The notes under the pieces: generated by a model
What the model saw: the letters and a program-made list of their open reading frames with translations, nothing else
Databases searched by the model: none
What the model was told of the DNA's origin: nothing
Made by a program: the position numbers and the translations under genes
Part shown: positions 47,423 through 58,700 of the stretch, one piece after another
Numbering within the stretch: the first letter of the stretch is position 1
Layout: each line of letters begins with the position of its first letter
Assembly: GCF_035594765.1 (NCBI RefSeq)
Contig: NC_085842.1
Span: forward strand, 146,271,036 to 146,335,035
DNA: 64,000 nucleotides
Direction of reading: 5' to 3'
Source: Anolis carolinensis
Lineage: Eukaryota

Positions 47423-50400
47423 TTGTTGATACCATATTTTTGTTGACCTTCCATTTCCACTTACAGAGCTAGTTTACTGTGTTTCTTTGAAAAACAGTAA
47501 ATAATATTAAAAACATGCCTCAATTAATGTAATTGTATTGGTATTTTATTTTGAAATTTACCACTAGCTGCTGCATTTCCCTCCCTTGGCTTATACTCGA
47601 GTCAATACGTTTTTCCAGCTTTTTGTGGTAAAATTAGGTGCCTTGGTTTATATTTTGGTCGGCTTATACTCAAGTATATACGGTATATCATGAGACAACA
47701 TGACAATATGCCATATAATAAGAATGGACAAGAATGCTTGGTAAGGTAAAAAGCTGTAGGAAAAGAGGAACGCTGCATTACATGTGGATAGACTCCATTA
47801 AGGAAGCCACAACCCTGAATCTGCAAGACCTGAGCAGCAGGTCTATTAATGACAAGGTGACTTGGAAGTCTCTCATTCATGGGATCACCATGAATCAAAG
47901 TCAATCTGACAGCAGTTAATAGCAAAACTCAATATTCTTCAGACTACTTCTGCTATTTGGAGATGACAAAACTTCCTAAAAGAATGATTGTGTTTCCTCT
48001 GATCTAGGCTTTTGTAATCCTTTTCCATTTTTAAAATATTTGTACAGTATATAAATTGTTTGCTGTTACCTATATATATAAAAGAGAGATGGAATCGCGG
48101 CACCGAGCAAAACAACTAAACTACAGGCCCCCCAACCTCGAAACTCGACCACACAACCCATCATCCACGCCTCTAGGTTGATACAACAAAAAATCCCGTC
48201 AAAAACCTCCACGGGGCCTTAAAACCCCAGCCGTCAGCCTGGCTGGAAGGCCCCATGGTGGTTGGAGGAGGGCTCTCCACGCGGTGGGGCTGCGGAGTAA
48301 AAATTGTCAGGGGCCCAAGCTGGCATGGAACAACCTCCCCCCCCCCCAAGAGCCACCTCAGCCTCCTGCCAGCCAGAGGGAGGCCGCGAGGCCCCAAGGT
48401 TTCTTTTTCTGTTTTTTGGATGTTGAGGCCTGCAGAGCCAAAGGCGGGGGGGGGGCTTCCAGAAAGGCGCCCCCCCCAACCAAGAGAAGACCACCGCAGC
48501 CTCCTCCGTGCCCCGCAGGCCTCAGGCCGGCCCCGGCCATGAGAGAGCCGGAGCCCGAACCTTCCCCCCCGAAGAGCCACCTCCGCCTCCCACCAGGCCA
48601 GAGGGAGGCCGCAAGGCCCAAGGTTTCTTTTCTTTTAACTATTTCTTTTGGACATAGAAGCCTCAAGGGGTGGCCTCAAGGCCGGAAAGAGCCCCCCCCC
48701 CCCCCGCTGTGTCCAAAAGGGTCCTAAACCCACCCTTCCCTTTCCCCCTCTTCAAAGGAGGGCCCTCCCTTCCCAGCCTCAGCTGCCTGGGCCTCTGTCT
48801 CTCTTCCAGGGATTGGAAAGAGGGGCCACCTGCCTGTACTCTCAGGCAACAAATATCATATCTACAATTACTGTGGTGTAATAATACAGAACAATATAAT
48901 CTCTAAAATCAGGACATTAAATACAGAACAACACTCTGAAAATGGGAATTACAGAAAGGAAACAACCAGGGCCAGCTAACACCTCCCAACAAAGGATTCC
49001 CCCAGCCAGGAAGCAACCAGGCTTCCAAACAGCAAGGCTATTCAGTGCTGTTCAACCTAACCAAGCAAGATTTCCCCTTCATAGTACACCCTCAGGGTTT
49101 CAAGCCATGAGGCTACTCCGTCTCATTCAGCCTGCCCAAGAAAGGATGCCCCTATGTAGAAAGCAGTCAGTCTTTGAAACAGTGAGGCTATTCAGTACAA
49201 TTCAAATTGGCTAAAACAACCATTTCCCTACAATGCAAGTACCCAGCCTTCCAAGCAGCAAACCTATTCCATTGTATTCCAGCTCACCAACCAAGGATTC
49301 ACTTAAGGAGAAAACACCCAGACTCTAAGGCTGCAAGGCTATTCACTGCTATTCCACCTGGTCAACAAATGATTCCCATCAGCCACAGCAATGCGTGGCC
49401 GGGCACAGCTAGTAATACAATAATGCTGATTTGTTACCTTTCAAAGTTGTTATTCAGATGCCTTGACTGCATATGAATGTTTTCAAAAAAATCATGCCAT
49501 GTTTTCCTATGCCACCACAAGATTACTCTTTTAAAACTATTTTTATTTTTTCAAGATAATACTATAATAAAGCTATGATGTTATGTGTATATAAGCAACC
49601 AAATTACAAAGTGCATGGCTGGGTAAATGGAGTGGTGATACTGGTATTAGTGCAGATAACAAAACAGTACAAATCATGCTATTATAGCATAAATGTGACA
49701 AGGATGCGATACACATCAGCAATCAGCTATCATTGCAAGTACAATTGAAGTACTTTTTGATCAGTATAGCCCAGCGTTTCAGTGTGGTGTGATTAAGGAT
49801 CACCGTCTTCCTTCCAAGATCCATGTCCAGGAGAAAACAGAGCACTTTCTAGCTGTGGTGAGCTCAGAGTCTTTGCATGAATATTGTTCAAGCAGCAATG
49901 GTGTGGGGAAGCTGAAAGCACGCCCTGTAGTAGTTCATAGATGAAGCTGGACACATGTGGCTAAGCAACATCAAAACATGATCATGAGGACAGAAATTAT
50001 GAATAAGGAAGGATATAGAAGCTAATAGAGGCTGAAGCAATTTGCATTTGCCTTAGCTGTCGAGGAGGTCAAGATTCAGCTCCCTCTTCTTTCCCTTTGC
50101 TGAGACCCCTTCCACACAGCTGAATAAAATCCCAGATTATCTGCTTTGAACTGGAATATATGACAGAATGGACTCAGATATCCCAGTTCAAAGCATATAT
50201 TGTGGGATTTTCTGCCTTGATATTCTGGGTTATATGGCTGTGTGGAAGGGCCCTGAATTAATCCAGTGCGAACTACTTTTCCTCTTTGAACTCAGGGCCC
50301 TTCCACACTGCCCATTTATCCCAGGATCTGATCCCAGATTATTCGTTTATCCTAGGTTATCTGGCAGTGGGAACTCATATATTCTAGTTTAATCTGGGAT

Positions 50401-53400
50401 CAGATTCTGAGATAAAGGGCAATGTGGACTGAAATAAGATGAGGACAGAGACAGAAAGAGAGAGGAAACAGGAACATTTCAAAGCAGCTTGAATTGTAGG
50501 ACATTGATTATGACTGTCCTTTCAAAATTAAGTTAACTGAAAGGTGTGTGAAAGTTTATCCTTCAATTCGGTTGGATGACTGGGGTGCAATGGAAGACAT
50601 CACTAGTCAAGGGACCTTATCACATTGGGATACCATCCGTTTATATCAGTATACATCCCATATTTTTTAGGACTGGATGCATACTGTATTGAGATGGGAT
50701 GCATACTCTCCTCATCACATCTGATTATTATGATTCTTATTATTTGAAAATACTGCACTTTGACTCATCACACCATGGAAGGCTGGCTCCTCCCAATCCA
50801 TTCAAAACACCCCCTACATCACTGTGACCTTTTAAAAAGTATCATTGTTGATGGGATGCAAACAGATTTTCTTATCGCACACAAAAACAGTGCTTCAACA
50901 ACGGAAGAATAATAAACTTTACTAAATCATAATAAATGTTATTTCTATTTCGCCCTATTTCCCTGAGGGGATTCAGTGGTATTTCAAAAACATGACTGGT
51001 TGTTGTTGAGTTAATGCTTTTATGATTTTCCTATATTTTATGTATTAATTCATTGTAATTGAATGTATCTTATGTTGTTGTATTTTATTGTTGCATTACT
51101 GGGCTTGGTCCTCGTGTAAGCCGCCCTGAGTCCCTTTGGGGAGATGGGGCAGGATTAAAGAATAAAGTTATTATTAGATTTGCATCTGCAAATAATCCAT
51201 TTCTGTGACACTTTGCAGATGGATTCCACTGGAATACTGACAAGATGGGGCAAACATCACATGATGGGACCCATAAGAAATCATTCTCAAACTGTCTCAG
51301 AAACGAGTATTTCCTAATGTGATAAAGTCCAAGACCACACTAACCTCTTCCCTTTTCCTTATTCAGATGAATATGAAAGCTTTGGTGAAGAAAGCAGCTA
51401 TGGCAGGATCCCATTTCCTTCTGAAAGGAAGAAGCCAAATACACAAGCAAAACAACCAAGCCCTAGTATTAACTCTTTTACAGGTATGAAGAGATCAGAC
51501 ACTTTGTTGCTTGAGCACTGCTGCCCCCTACTGCCTGTTCTGCATACAGAAAGGCTACAGTGTATAGCCCTCCAAATCTTGTTGGATGGCAACTCCCAAC
51601 ATCCTTAACCAATGTCTGGATGTCATAGAAGTTGCAAATCAGCATCTGGAGGGTCACACAGCCTACATCCCCATCACATATAGATTAACCCCATACAGAC
51701 TTTTTCCATGGAGTTGTCATCCAACTAGTCACCCATCCATTATGTCAGTCCCATGAATTTCTTATCAAGGTGATTTTGTCAATTCCTTCCTTTGAAATTA
51801 GCCTACAATGCCTGGTATTTGTTGGCATTTTCCCATTCAAGTACTATTATGGCTTGACCCTGCTAAGTTTCCCAGCTCAGAGGGAATTGCATGCCTTTAA
51901 CGTTTAGACCACAACTAATTCAAATATTCTTTCTTCCCCTTGCAGCTGAGCCAGCTTTCACTCCTGCCTTCTGGAAAGGCTTTTGGAAGAGAAATGGCAT
52001 GCTTGTGGTCTTGCCTGTCCTTGTTGGCTGTCTCGTAATTGACATGATTCTTCTCTCACAATGTGAGTATAAGCAACAGGGTTAAGCAATCTGATGGTAC
52101 TTATAATACGTATAATGTGAAAATTTTAATTTTAAGAAAGGAAAGAGTGAGTTAACAGCAACAGAACAATTAAGCAAACCAGAATAAGATGAGTAAGAAC
52201 AAATGAGCTCAGTATTTAACTGTCTTCTCGCCTTTGCCAGTTTGCTCATCTCTAGGTGTCAGAAATCATACTAGAAAGGGGTCTGATCCCTTTGACAGTA
52301 AGGGTATATTTTGATGTTCAAACCCTCCTTGTGACAATTCCATTAGCCACTGTGTTTTTGTTGTGTGCCCTTGAGTCATTTCCAACTTATGTCAGTTCAA
52401 AGGCAGACCCTATCACGGTTGTTGTTGTTGTTGGTGGTGGGTTTTGTTTTTTTGCAAGATTGGTTCAGATGAGGTTTGCCTTTGCATTCCTCTGAGGCTG
52501 AAAGAAGGTGACTTGCCCAAGGACCCAGTGGGTTTCTGTAGCTGCACAAGGATTCAAAACCTGTTCTCCAAAACCATAGTCCAACACTCGAATAACTACA
52601 CCAACATTCCAAAAATGCAAGTGTCCTTTAAAAAATTCTAGAAATGCTCATCTCCATCAGTCTTTTATTTTTCTCTAATGGTCTCTCTCATGTACAACAA
52701 AACCATTCCAAACTACTTTGTACTACAACTGGGATAACTTGTAACATTACATTCTTACTGGGCCAATCCATTTCCTCTCCAGATATTGTAAGAATTATAA
52801 TTAAAGTGAGAGGGGAAGAACAAGCTTGAGGGGCTCACTGCTGTTCAAAAAATCTTGGGGATCTTATCTTGTGAATTGGCTCCACTACAATGCTTCTGGT
52901 AAACAACAGGTCAATCAAAGGTGTTTGCTTCAGGTAACTGACTGAATAAATGGGAGAACTGGGAAACATCACCCCATATTTTAAACTGTTTTAATATTTT
53001 ATTAAATTGGACTCTAGGTATACACTTTTTTATCATGTCAGAAGTAACTTGAGAACATACTACAAGTCACTTCTGGTGTGAGAGAATTGGCCGTCTACAG
53101 AGTTGTTGCCCAGGGGACTCCTGGATGTGATACCATCCTGCTGGGAGGCTTCTCTTATGTCCTTGCAAGCTAGAGCTGACAGACAGGAGCTCACCCCATC
53201 TCACAGATTTAAACAGGCAACCCTCAGGTCAGCCATTCAACCTTTACGTCAACAGTCAAGTCAGCACAAGGGTTTAACCATGGCATAGGTATACACTGAG
53301 GCTTGGTTTTAGGATCTCCCCACCCCCCTCATGGATGCAAATATTCATGAGTGCTCAAATCCAATGGTTTGCAATGGCTTAGTAAAATCGTCATCCTTGT

Positions 53401-56400
53401 ATATAATGGCAAAATCATGGTTTGCTTTTTGGAATTTTAAAAATAATATTTTCAGGCAATGGATTGTTGACTTTGAGGATACAGAATTCATGGATATGAA
53501 GAGCAAACTGAATTGGGGCTTCTCTGTTTCAATTCAGTTTGTGTTGTAATGATAGCTCTCAGCATTTCTGGTAATGAAAATGTTCTCAAAGGAGTAATAG
53601 GATCAAGAGGGTGGTAACATCTGTCCCTTTCCTTTCCAGATGCTGCCATGTTTTCAGAGCTCAGGAAGCTGAATTTCACCCCCACAACTGACATCTGTGA
53701 ACCTTCAACAGCCCCTCTATATATTGAAGAATTAAAGAGCACATTAATAGCAGAGTTCAGAACTTTGGAAAATCATGTTGATGAGAAGTATAAAGCAAGT
53801 GATAGAAAAATGGAAAAGGAAATATCCAGGCTGGAAGAAAAACTGAGTGCAATGGAAAACAGACAAGGTTAAGTATGAGAAAGAACAAGCTGCCCATAGA
53901 CAGAAATGAAAGCAACATTTTTAAGAGCGCAATTTAAAAAAAACAAACAAATCATTTCCCCTTTCAAGTTATTTAGATTTTGTAAAAAAAAGTCAACTTT
54001 TGGGGAAGATAGTGTTTTTAGATTAGATTAAAGCAAACAAGAAAGTGTATTATTCCCCAGAACCAACATATTTGTGTGTACATGTGTTTTTGAATTTTTA
54101 AATGTGAATTTCATGGAATTTCAAAGTGTTGTCCCTAAATGCATTTTAGTAGAAAACTTCAAATAGTCTGTAGAAAGTTAAAAATATTTTCTCCTGCTTA
54201 TTCAAGGCATAACCTAACTTGCTTCTCCCCCCCCCCCCATTTCACATGCGCATATCATTCATTTTGAATTAAAAGTTTGCTGAAATATTGGAACTGGTCT
54301 TCTTTTGGGGGAAATTAGACCTATTCTTTCCATACTGTTTCTGCCTATAGTATTATGTCTTGGCATACCTTAACTGAGGCATACCTGGATAATAACAGAG
54401 TGCGTGGAACATATAAATGCCATTTTCAGGGGGGGAAATGTTTCTGCTATTGTGGGGAACCCGTTCTTTGACCAAGTAAAAGAATGCAAGATATAACATC
54501 GGAACCATACAAAGTGGTGACCCCTGAACCATTGGCAGCTGCTCCCTGAAGTTTCCAGGGAAGAAAGAAACAACTGTACCCAGTCAGACCAAACAGTGCT
54601 CGTCCCCATCATCAGACAGCCTTTTTCATGTCAGGAGCAACTTGAGAAACTGCAAGTCGCTTCTGGTGAGAGAATTGGTTGTCTGCAAGGACATCGTCCA
54701 GATGTTTTGCTGTTTTTATCATCCTTGTGGGAGGTTTCTCTCATGTACCCGCATGGAGCTGGAGCTGATAGAGGGAACTCATCCGTGCTCTCCCCAGGTT
54801 CAGGTCAGCAACACAACCTTCAAATCAGCAGTCCTGTTGGCACAAGGGTTTAACCCACTGCGCCACCAGGAAGCACTGATAAAGATGACTGAGACTCCCT
54901 ATGTTACTTTATCCTCTTTCAGTTGTTTGCCCCACGCCAGAACCTCTGCAATGGGAAGAATTTGGAGACAGTTGCTACTATTTCTCAGATACTACAGAAC
55001 AGTGGGAAAATGCCAAAAAAATATGTGCAGCAGTTAACTCCCATCTGATCATTATTAACAGCAATACAGAGCAGGTAAATGGTGTCTCATGTAGTCATCT
55101 TTTGTTTCTAGTTCTATAAGTTTTTGAAAGAATTCCCGCTCCCTATTCCACCACTTGCCTGCCTACCTGTGCACAGACACCCAAGAAAAGACACCCAAGT
55201 ATTACACTTAATTTGTTCATACCTTAGTTCCATTCGGCTGAAATCATATCCAGCCTTGGAATGCATTCCCACTTTCTGAGTAGACATGCATGGGTTGACA
55301 TTGTAGTTATGTTACATTTATATTTATTTTATTCATTACAATATTTTCACCTCTCTTCTGCCTGCCTGCCTGCCTATCTATCTATCTGTGTCTGTCTGTC
55401 TGTCTGTCTATCTATCTAATTATCATCTATTTATCAAATAGAAAATGAGATACAATTCTGTTAAAATTTTAAGGCTGGGACCCTGCTAGCAATTGCGCTT
55501 TTTCCAAAGCTGCACAGCACTGAAGTGGAAAGTACACAATGGCATCCTTAAAAAACACACAGTTATGGTTCTATGATTCCACTTGAAATGTCTTGGCAAC
55601 GTCCTATGCAATCCCTACATATTGGCATTTCTACTACAGTACTTAGATAATCCTATTACCAAAACCAACAGTTAATATTTTATCCCTATATTCTTACCTT
55701 CTTTTACTTCTAAAGGAAACGGGAGGAAGTGTATCTGCCAGGTTTGCATGCTAGCCACCATCTTTACCCTCCTGTCTATATTTCATCCTCTACTTTCAAC
55801 CAGGTAGCCTGCTAGGAACAGGATAGATTGATCTTGCTTGAGATCACAATTGATTGGCATCAGACAGCTTTTGCAGCTAAGCCTGGACTGCACATGAAAT
55901 CGGTCAGAGGGTGCATCTATATTGTAGAATTAATGAAGTTTGACACTGCTTTAACTATCTTGGCTCAATGCTACAGAACTCTGGGATGTGTAGTTTGGCA
56001 AGTCACAAGCACTTTATAGCAGGGAAAGGTAAAAAACTTGAAAAACTCCCATGCTCCCACAGCACTGAGCGATGGCAGCTAAAGTGATGTCAAACTGCAT
56101 TAATTTTACAGTATAGATGCACCCACATCATATATAGCCTACAGCTATAAAAAGCAATTCATACAGTAAGATGCTAGATTAGGGGGGCTTCTGTTTTCAC
56201 ATGCTTAGCATCTCAGAATGCACAATGTTGTTGTTTTCCTCCTAGAATTTTGTGGTTCAAAAAATAAAGCAAACATCAGTCTGGCTTGGTCTACATGATA
56301 CAGAGGTAGAAGGAACTTGGCGCTGGGTAGATGGATCACTACTTGAACGAAATGGGTATGTGAACCATTCCTTTGTTTTCATCCTAGGGTCCTTTATGAA

Positions 56401-58388
56401 GACAAAGGCAAAGCAGAAGAGGGGCCATGACAATGTTGGGTTAGTGCAGGCATGGGCAAACCTTGGTCTTCCGGGTGTTTTGGACTTCAATCCCCACCAT
56501 TCCTAACAGCCTACCGGCCTGGGTTAGTGGCTAGAAGAACATTGCCTAGAGCAGCGGTTCTCAACCTGTGGGTCCCCAGATGTTTTGGCCTTTAACTCCC
56601 AAAAATCCTAGCAGCTGGTAAAGTCGCTGGGATTTCTGGGAGTTGTAGGCCAAAACACCTGGGGAACCACTGGCATAGAGGGATACTTGGAACTGCCTAA
56701 CCGCAAGTCTCAGCCTTTTTGAAGCACAGAAGCACTTAAAACAAAAATACAAGTTATAGTGTTGTACTTATCAAATCAAAGAATGTGTTGTCGAAGGCTT
56801 TCATGGCCGGGATCCTCTGAGGATGCCTGCCATAGATGTGGGCGAAACGTCAGGAGAGAATACTTCTGGAACATGGCCACACAGCCCGAAAGACATGCAA
56901 CAACCCTGAAATCAAAGAATGTCTAAAATAAGCAATTAATAACTTGAATCAGATTAAAATAAACCTACTAAAAATATCTTCCAAAACCATGTAGCAGCAA
57001 ATACAACTCTGGCCAAATTTCTACTGAACCAAATAAGTATTTCCAAGGAAAAAAAATCTAAAAGCAATTATACTGGGTGTACAGCTCCAGTTACCACTGG
57101 AGGTGTCATCTATACGGTCAGTTCTCCTATGAGGAAAGGTCACAAAGTATTGTTGAAGGCTTTCATGGCCAGAATCACTGGGGTGTTGTCTGGTTTCCGG
57201 GCTGTATGGCCGAGCTCTAGCAGCATTTTTTCCTAACTGTTTGCCTGCTTTTGTGGCTGGCATCTTTGGAGGATCTGGGTCTTCACAAACTCTGGGTCTT
57301 TGTTTGGAACAAATACATTTAAAAGAGAATATGACAGAGACACATGAACTTTGCTTAGTATGGATAAGATGGACAGAGTGTTTTCCTCCTTCCACTTTTA
57401 CAATAGTGGACCCCAGAATCATCAACTGAAGCTGAATGGTGGGAGATTGCGACAGACCAAAACAATAATTCTTCAAACAGGATATAGTAGATGGCAAACA
57501 ATGTAGTGACTATGTCAAAGGCTTTCATGGCTGGAACCGCTGGCTTGCTGTGAGCATTCCAGGCTGTATGGCCATATTCCAGAAGCATTGTTTCCTGACA
57601 TTTCGCCCACATCTATGGCAGGTATCCTCGGAGATTGTAAGGATGCTTGTCATAGATGTGGGTGAAATATCAGGAAACAATGCGTCTGGAATATGACCAT
57701 ACAGCCTAAAAAGCTCACAGCAACCCAATGTATTGACTGATTGAAGATAACTTTCAAAGGGTATTGGATACACTTATGGAGATGATGTCTGCTTTGCTTA
57801 TGACCCAGTGAGGAGTCATTGCCACTACAGGTTAATCCCATGACTATGAGTGAGGAGAATGAAGATACCGGCAATGGTTACTTTGGGGTGCTTATTGTGG
57901 CTGTGGCCTGTAAGGACCTAGGATCTGATCTGCTTCCTAAGTGGCTCCCTACAGCCACCATTTTTGCACTTTTTTCAAGGGAGATGTCAACAATTCTGTA
58001 ATGTGTTATTGAAAATATAGTATATCACTATATTTTGAGTTACCAGTGTGAGTCTTTTCTTGTTTAATTCATACTTTTCCTCAAGTTGTTTGATTAATGC
58101 AGTCCCATGCGTGTCTCTCTGGGGCATGCTATAGTTTGGGTTATGAAAAATGGTTTGATCACAGGCAGTCCATCAATGTAGAAAGTCGTAACTGAATTCA
58201 GGAAGGCTCTTCATGGTGGGATTTCAATGCTCTGTTTTATGCTCCTTTTCAGATATTGGAAGAGTGGTGAACCCAATGATGCTCATGGAGCGGAAGACTG
58301 TGCTGTCCTGTACAAAGAGAAAAACTGGAATGACATTCCATGTGATAAAAATGTCCAGTTTGTGTGTGAGAAAAGTGCCCTCAGTTAA
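45187..58388 (+). CDS. Gene C: type II C-type lectin with EPN/WND mannose/fucose/GlcNAc-type site (CLEC17A/CD209/hepatic-lectin-like), 7 coding exons, 320 aa
   Basis: Exons 45187-45289, 51367-51483, 51946-52062 (TM), 53640-53867 (neck), 54923-55074, 56246-56355 and 58253-58388. All GT-AG, phases 1,1,1,1,0,2, 963 nt open. Exon 1 is the least certain. Confidence 0.87.
45906..47683. mobile_element. Composite non-autonomous Tc1/mariner element (about 1.8 kb) in gene C intron 1
   Basis: TIR CGGTATATACTCGA..ATAAGC / GCTTATACTCAAGTATATACGG with TA TSD. Contains internal ~80-bp tandem repeats, (tta)n tracts and an L2-type tail. Confidence 0.85.
48069..49412 (+). mobile_element. Non-autonomous Helitron in gene C intron 1
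   Basis: Inserted between A and T. 5' (T>C)CTATATATATAAAAGAG; 3' hairpin CCACAGCAATGCGTGG followed by CTAG. Subterminal ~60-70-bp tandem repeats at 48990-49380. Confidence 0.88.
50104..50253. mobile_element. Palindromic MITE (GGCCCCTTCCACACAG-type termini); relatives at 37976-38113 and 50296-50430
   Basis: Inverted termini CCCTTCCACACAGC / GCTGTGTGGAAGGG. Confidence 0.75.
51367..51483 (+). CDS. Gene C exon 2 (cytoplasmic, DEYESFGEESSYGRIPFPSERKKPNTQAKQPSPSINSFT)
   Basis: Long pyrimidine tract with CAG acceptor, CAG|GTATGA donor, 117 nt, phase 1-1. Confidence 0.8.
51946..52062 (+). CDS. Gene C exon 3 (transmembrane, AEPAFTPAFWKGFWKRNGMLVVLPVLVGCLVIDMILLSQ)
   Basis: ttcttccccttgcAG acceptor, GTGAGT donor, phase 1-1. 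Confidence 0.85.
53640..53867 (+). CDS. Gene C exon 4 (coiled-coil neck, 76 codons)
   Basis: Overlaps ORF 53648-53872; heptad-rich; phase 1-1; donor AAG|GTTAAG is suboptimal. Confidence 0.8.
54923..55074 (+). CDS. Gene C exon 5 (CTLD part 1, VVCPTPEPLQWEEFGDSCYYFS...NSNTEQ)
   Basis: 152-nt phase 1-0 exon with canonical motifs. Confidence 0.93.
56246..56355 (+). CDS. Gene C exon 6 (CTLD part 2, NFVVQKIKQTSVWLGLHDTEVEGTWRWVDGSLLERNG)
   Basis: WLGL and EGTWRWVDGS motifs, phase 0-2. Confidence 0.94.
56552..56672. mobile_element. hAT MITE with SPIN-type TIRs
   Basis: Starts CAGCGGTTCTCAACCTGTGGGTC; TSD GCCTAGAG/GCATAGAG. Confidence 0.88.
56787..56908. mobile_element. Short Penelope (Poseidon-type) pseudo-LTR insert with an inverted piece; relatives at 57148-57272 and 57512-57727
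   Basis: 14-bp TSD AAATCAAAGAATGT (56773-56786 / 56909-56922); contains a hammerhead core. Confidence 0.85.
56813..56855 (+). ncRNA. Minimal type I hammerhead ribozyme (palindromic helix III) in a Penelope-derived insert
   Basis: TCCT-CTGAGGA-T-GCCTGC(CATAGAT)GTGGGC-GAA-ACGT-C-AGGA. Confidence 0.8.
58253..58388 (+). CDS. Gene C exon 7 (CTLD part 3, YWKSGEPNDAHGAEDCAVLYKEKNWNDIPCDKNVQFVCEKSALS-stop)
   Basis: EPN, EDC, WND and FVCEK; TAA at 58386-58388. Confidence 0.95.
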
Positions 58389-58465
58389 GAAACTAAGCAG
58401 TATGTTTCTCTATATTTGATGTCTGTTCCATGTAGTTCCTTTCTCTAGGTTTAGTTTGATATATT

Positions 58466-58700
58466 TTCGTCGTCATCTCACTCGTTCAGTCGTTTTCGAC
58501 TCTTCATGACCTCATGGACCATTCCACGCCAGAGCTCCCTGTCAGCCGTCACCGCACCCAGTTCCTTCAAGGTTGAGCACTTCAAGGATACCGTCCATCC
58601 ATCTCGCCCTTGGTCGGCCTCTCTTCCTTTTTTCTTCCATTTTCCCCAGCATCATGATCTTCTCTAAGCTTTCCTGTCTTCTCATGATGTTTTTTAAATA
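58466..58700 (-). mobile_element. RTE/BovB LINE 3' end
   Basis: Minus translation IMRRQESLEKIMMLGKME.KRKRGRPRARWMDGI plus an RTE-type 3' tail. Confidence 0.85.

Noticed and set aside
48173-48906. Cluster of overlapping Pro/Gly/Arg-rich ORFs
   Set aside because: By-product of GC-rich Helitron cargo.
48990-49380. Regularly spaced repeats resembling a CRISPR array
   Set aside because: Eukaryotic DNA; the units are degenerate tandem repeats without unique spacers, inside a Helitron.
57591-57676. Additional functional hammerheads in the third Penelope insert
   Set aside because: Core nucleotides are mutated (CCGAGGA and GTAAGGA instead of CTGANGA).
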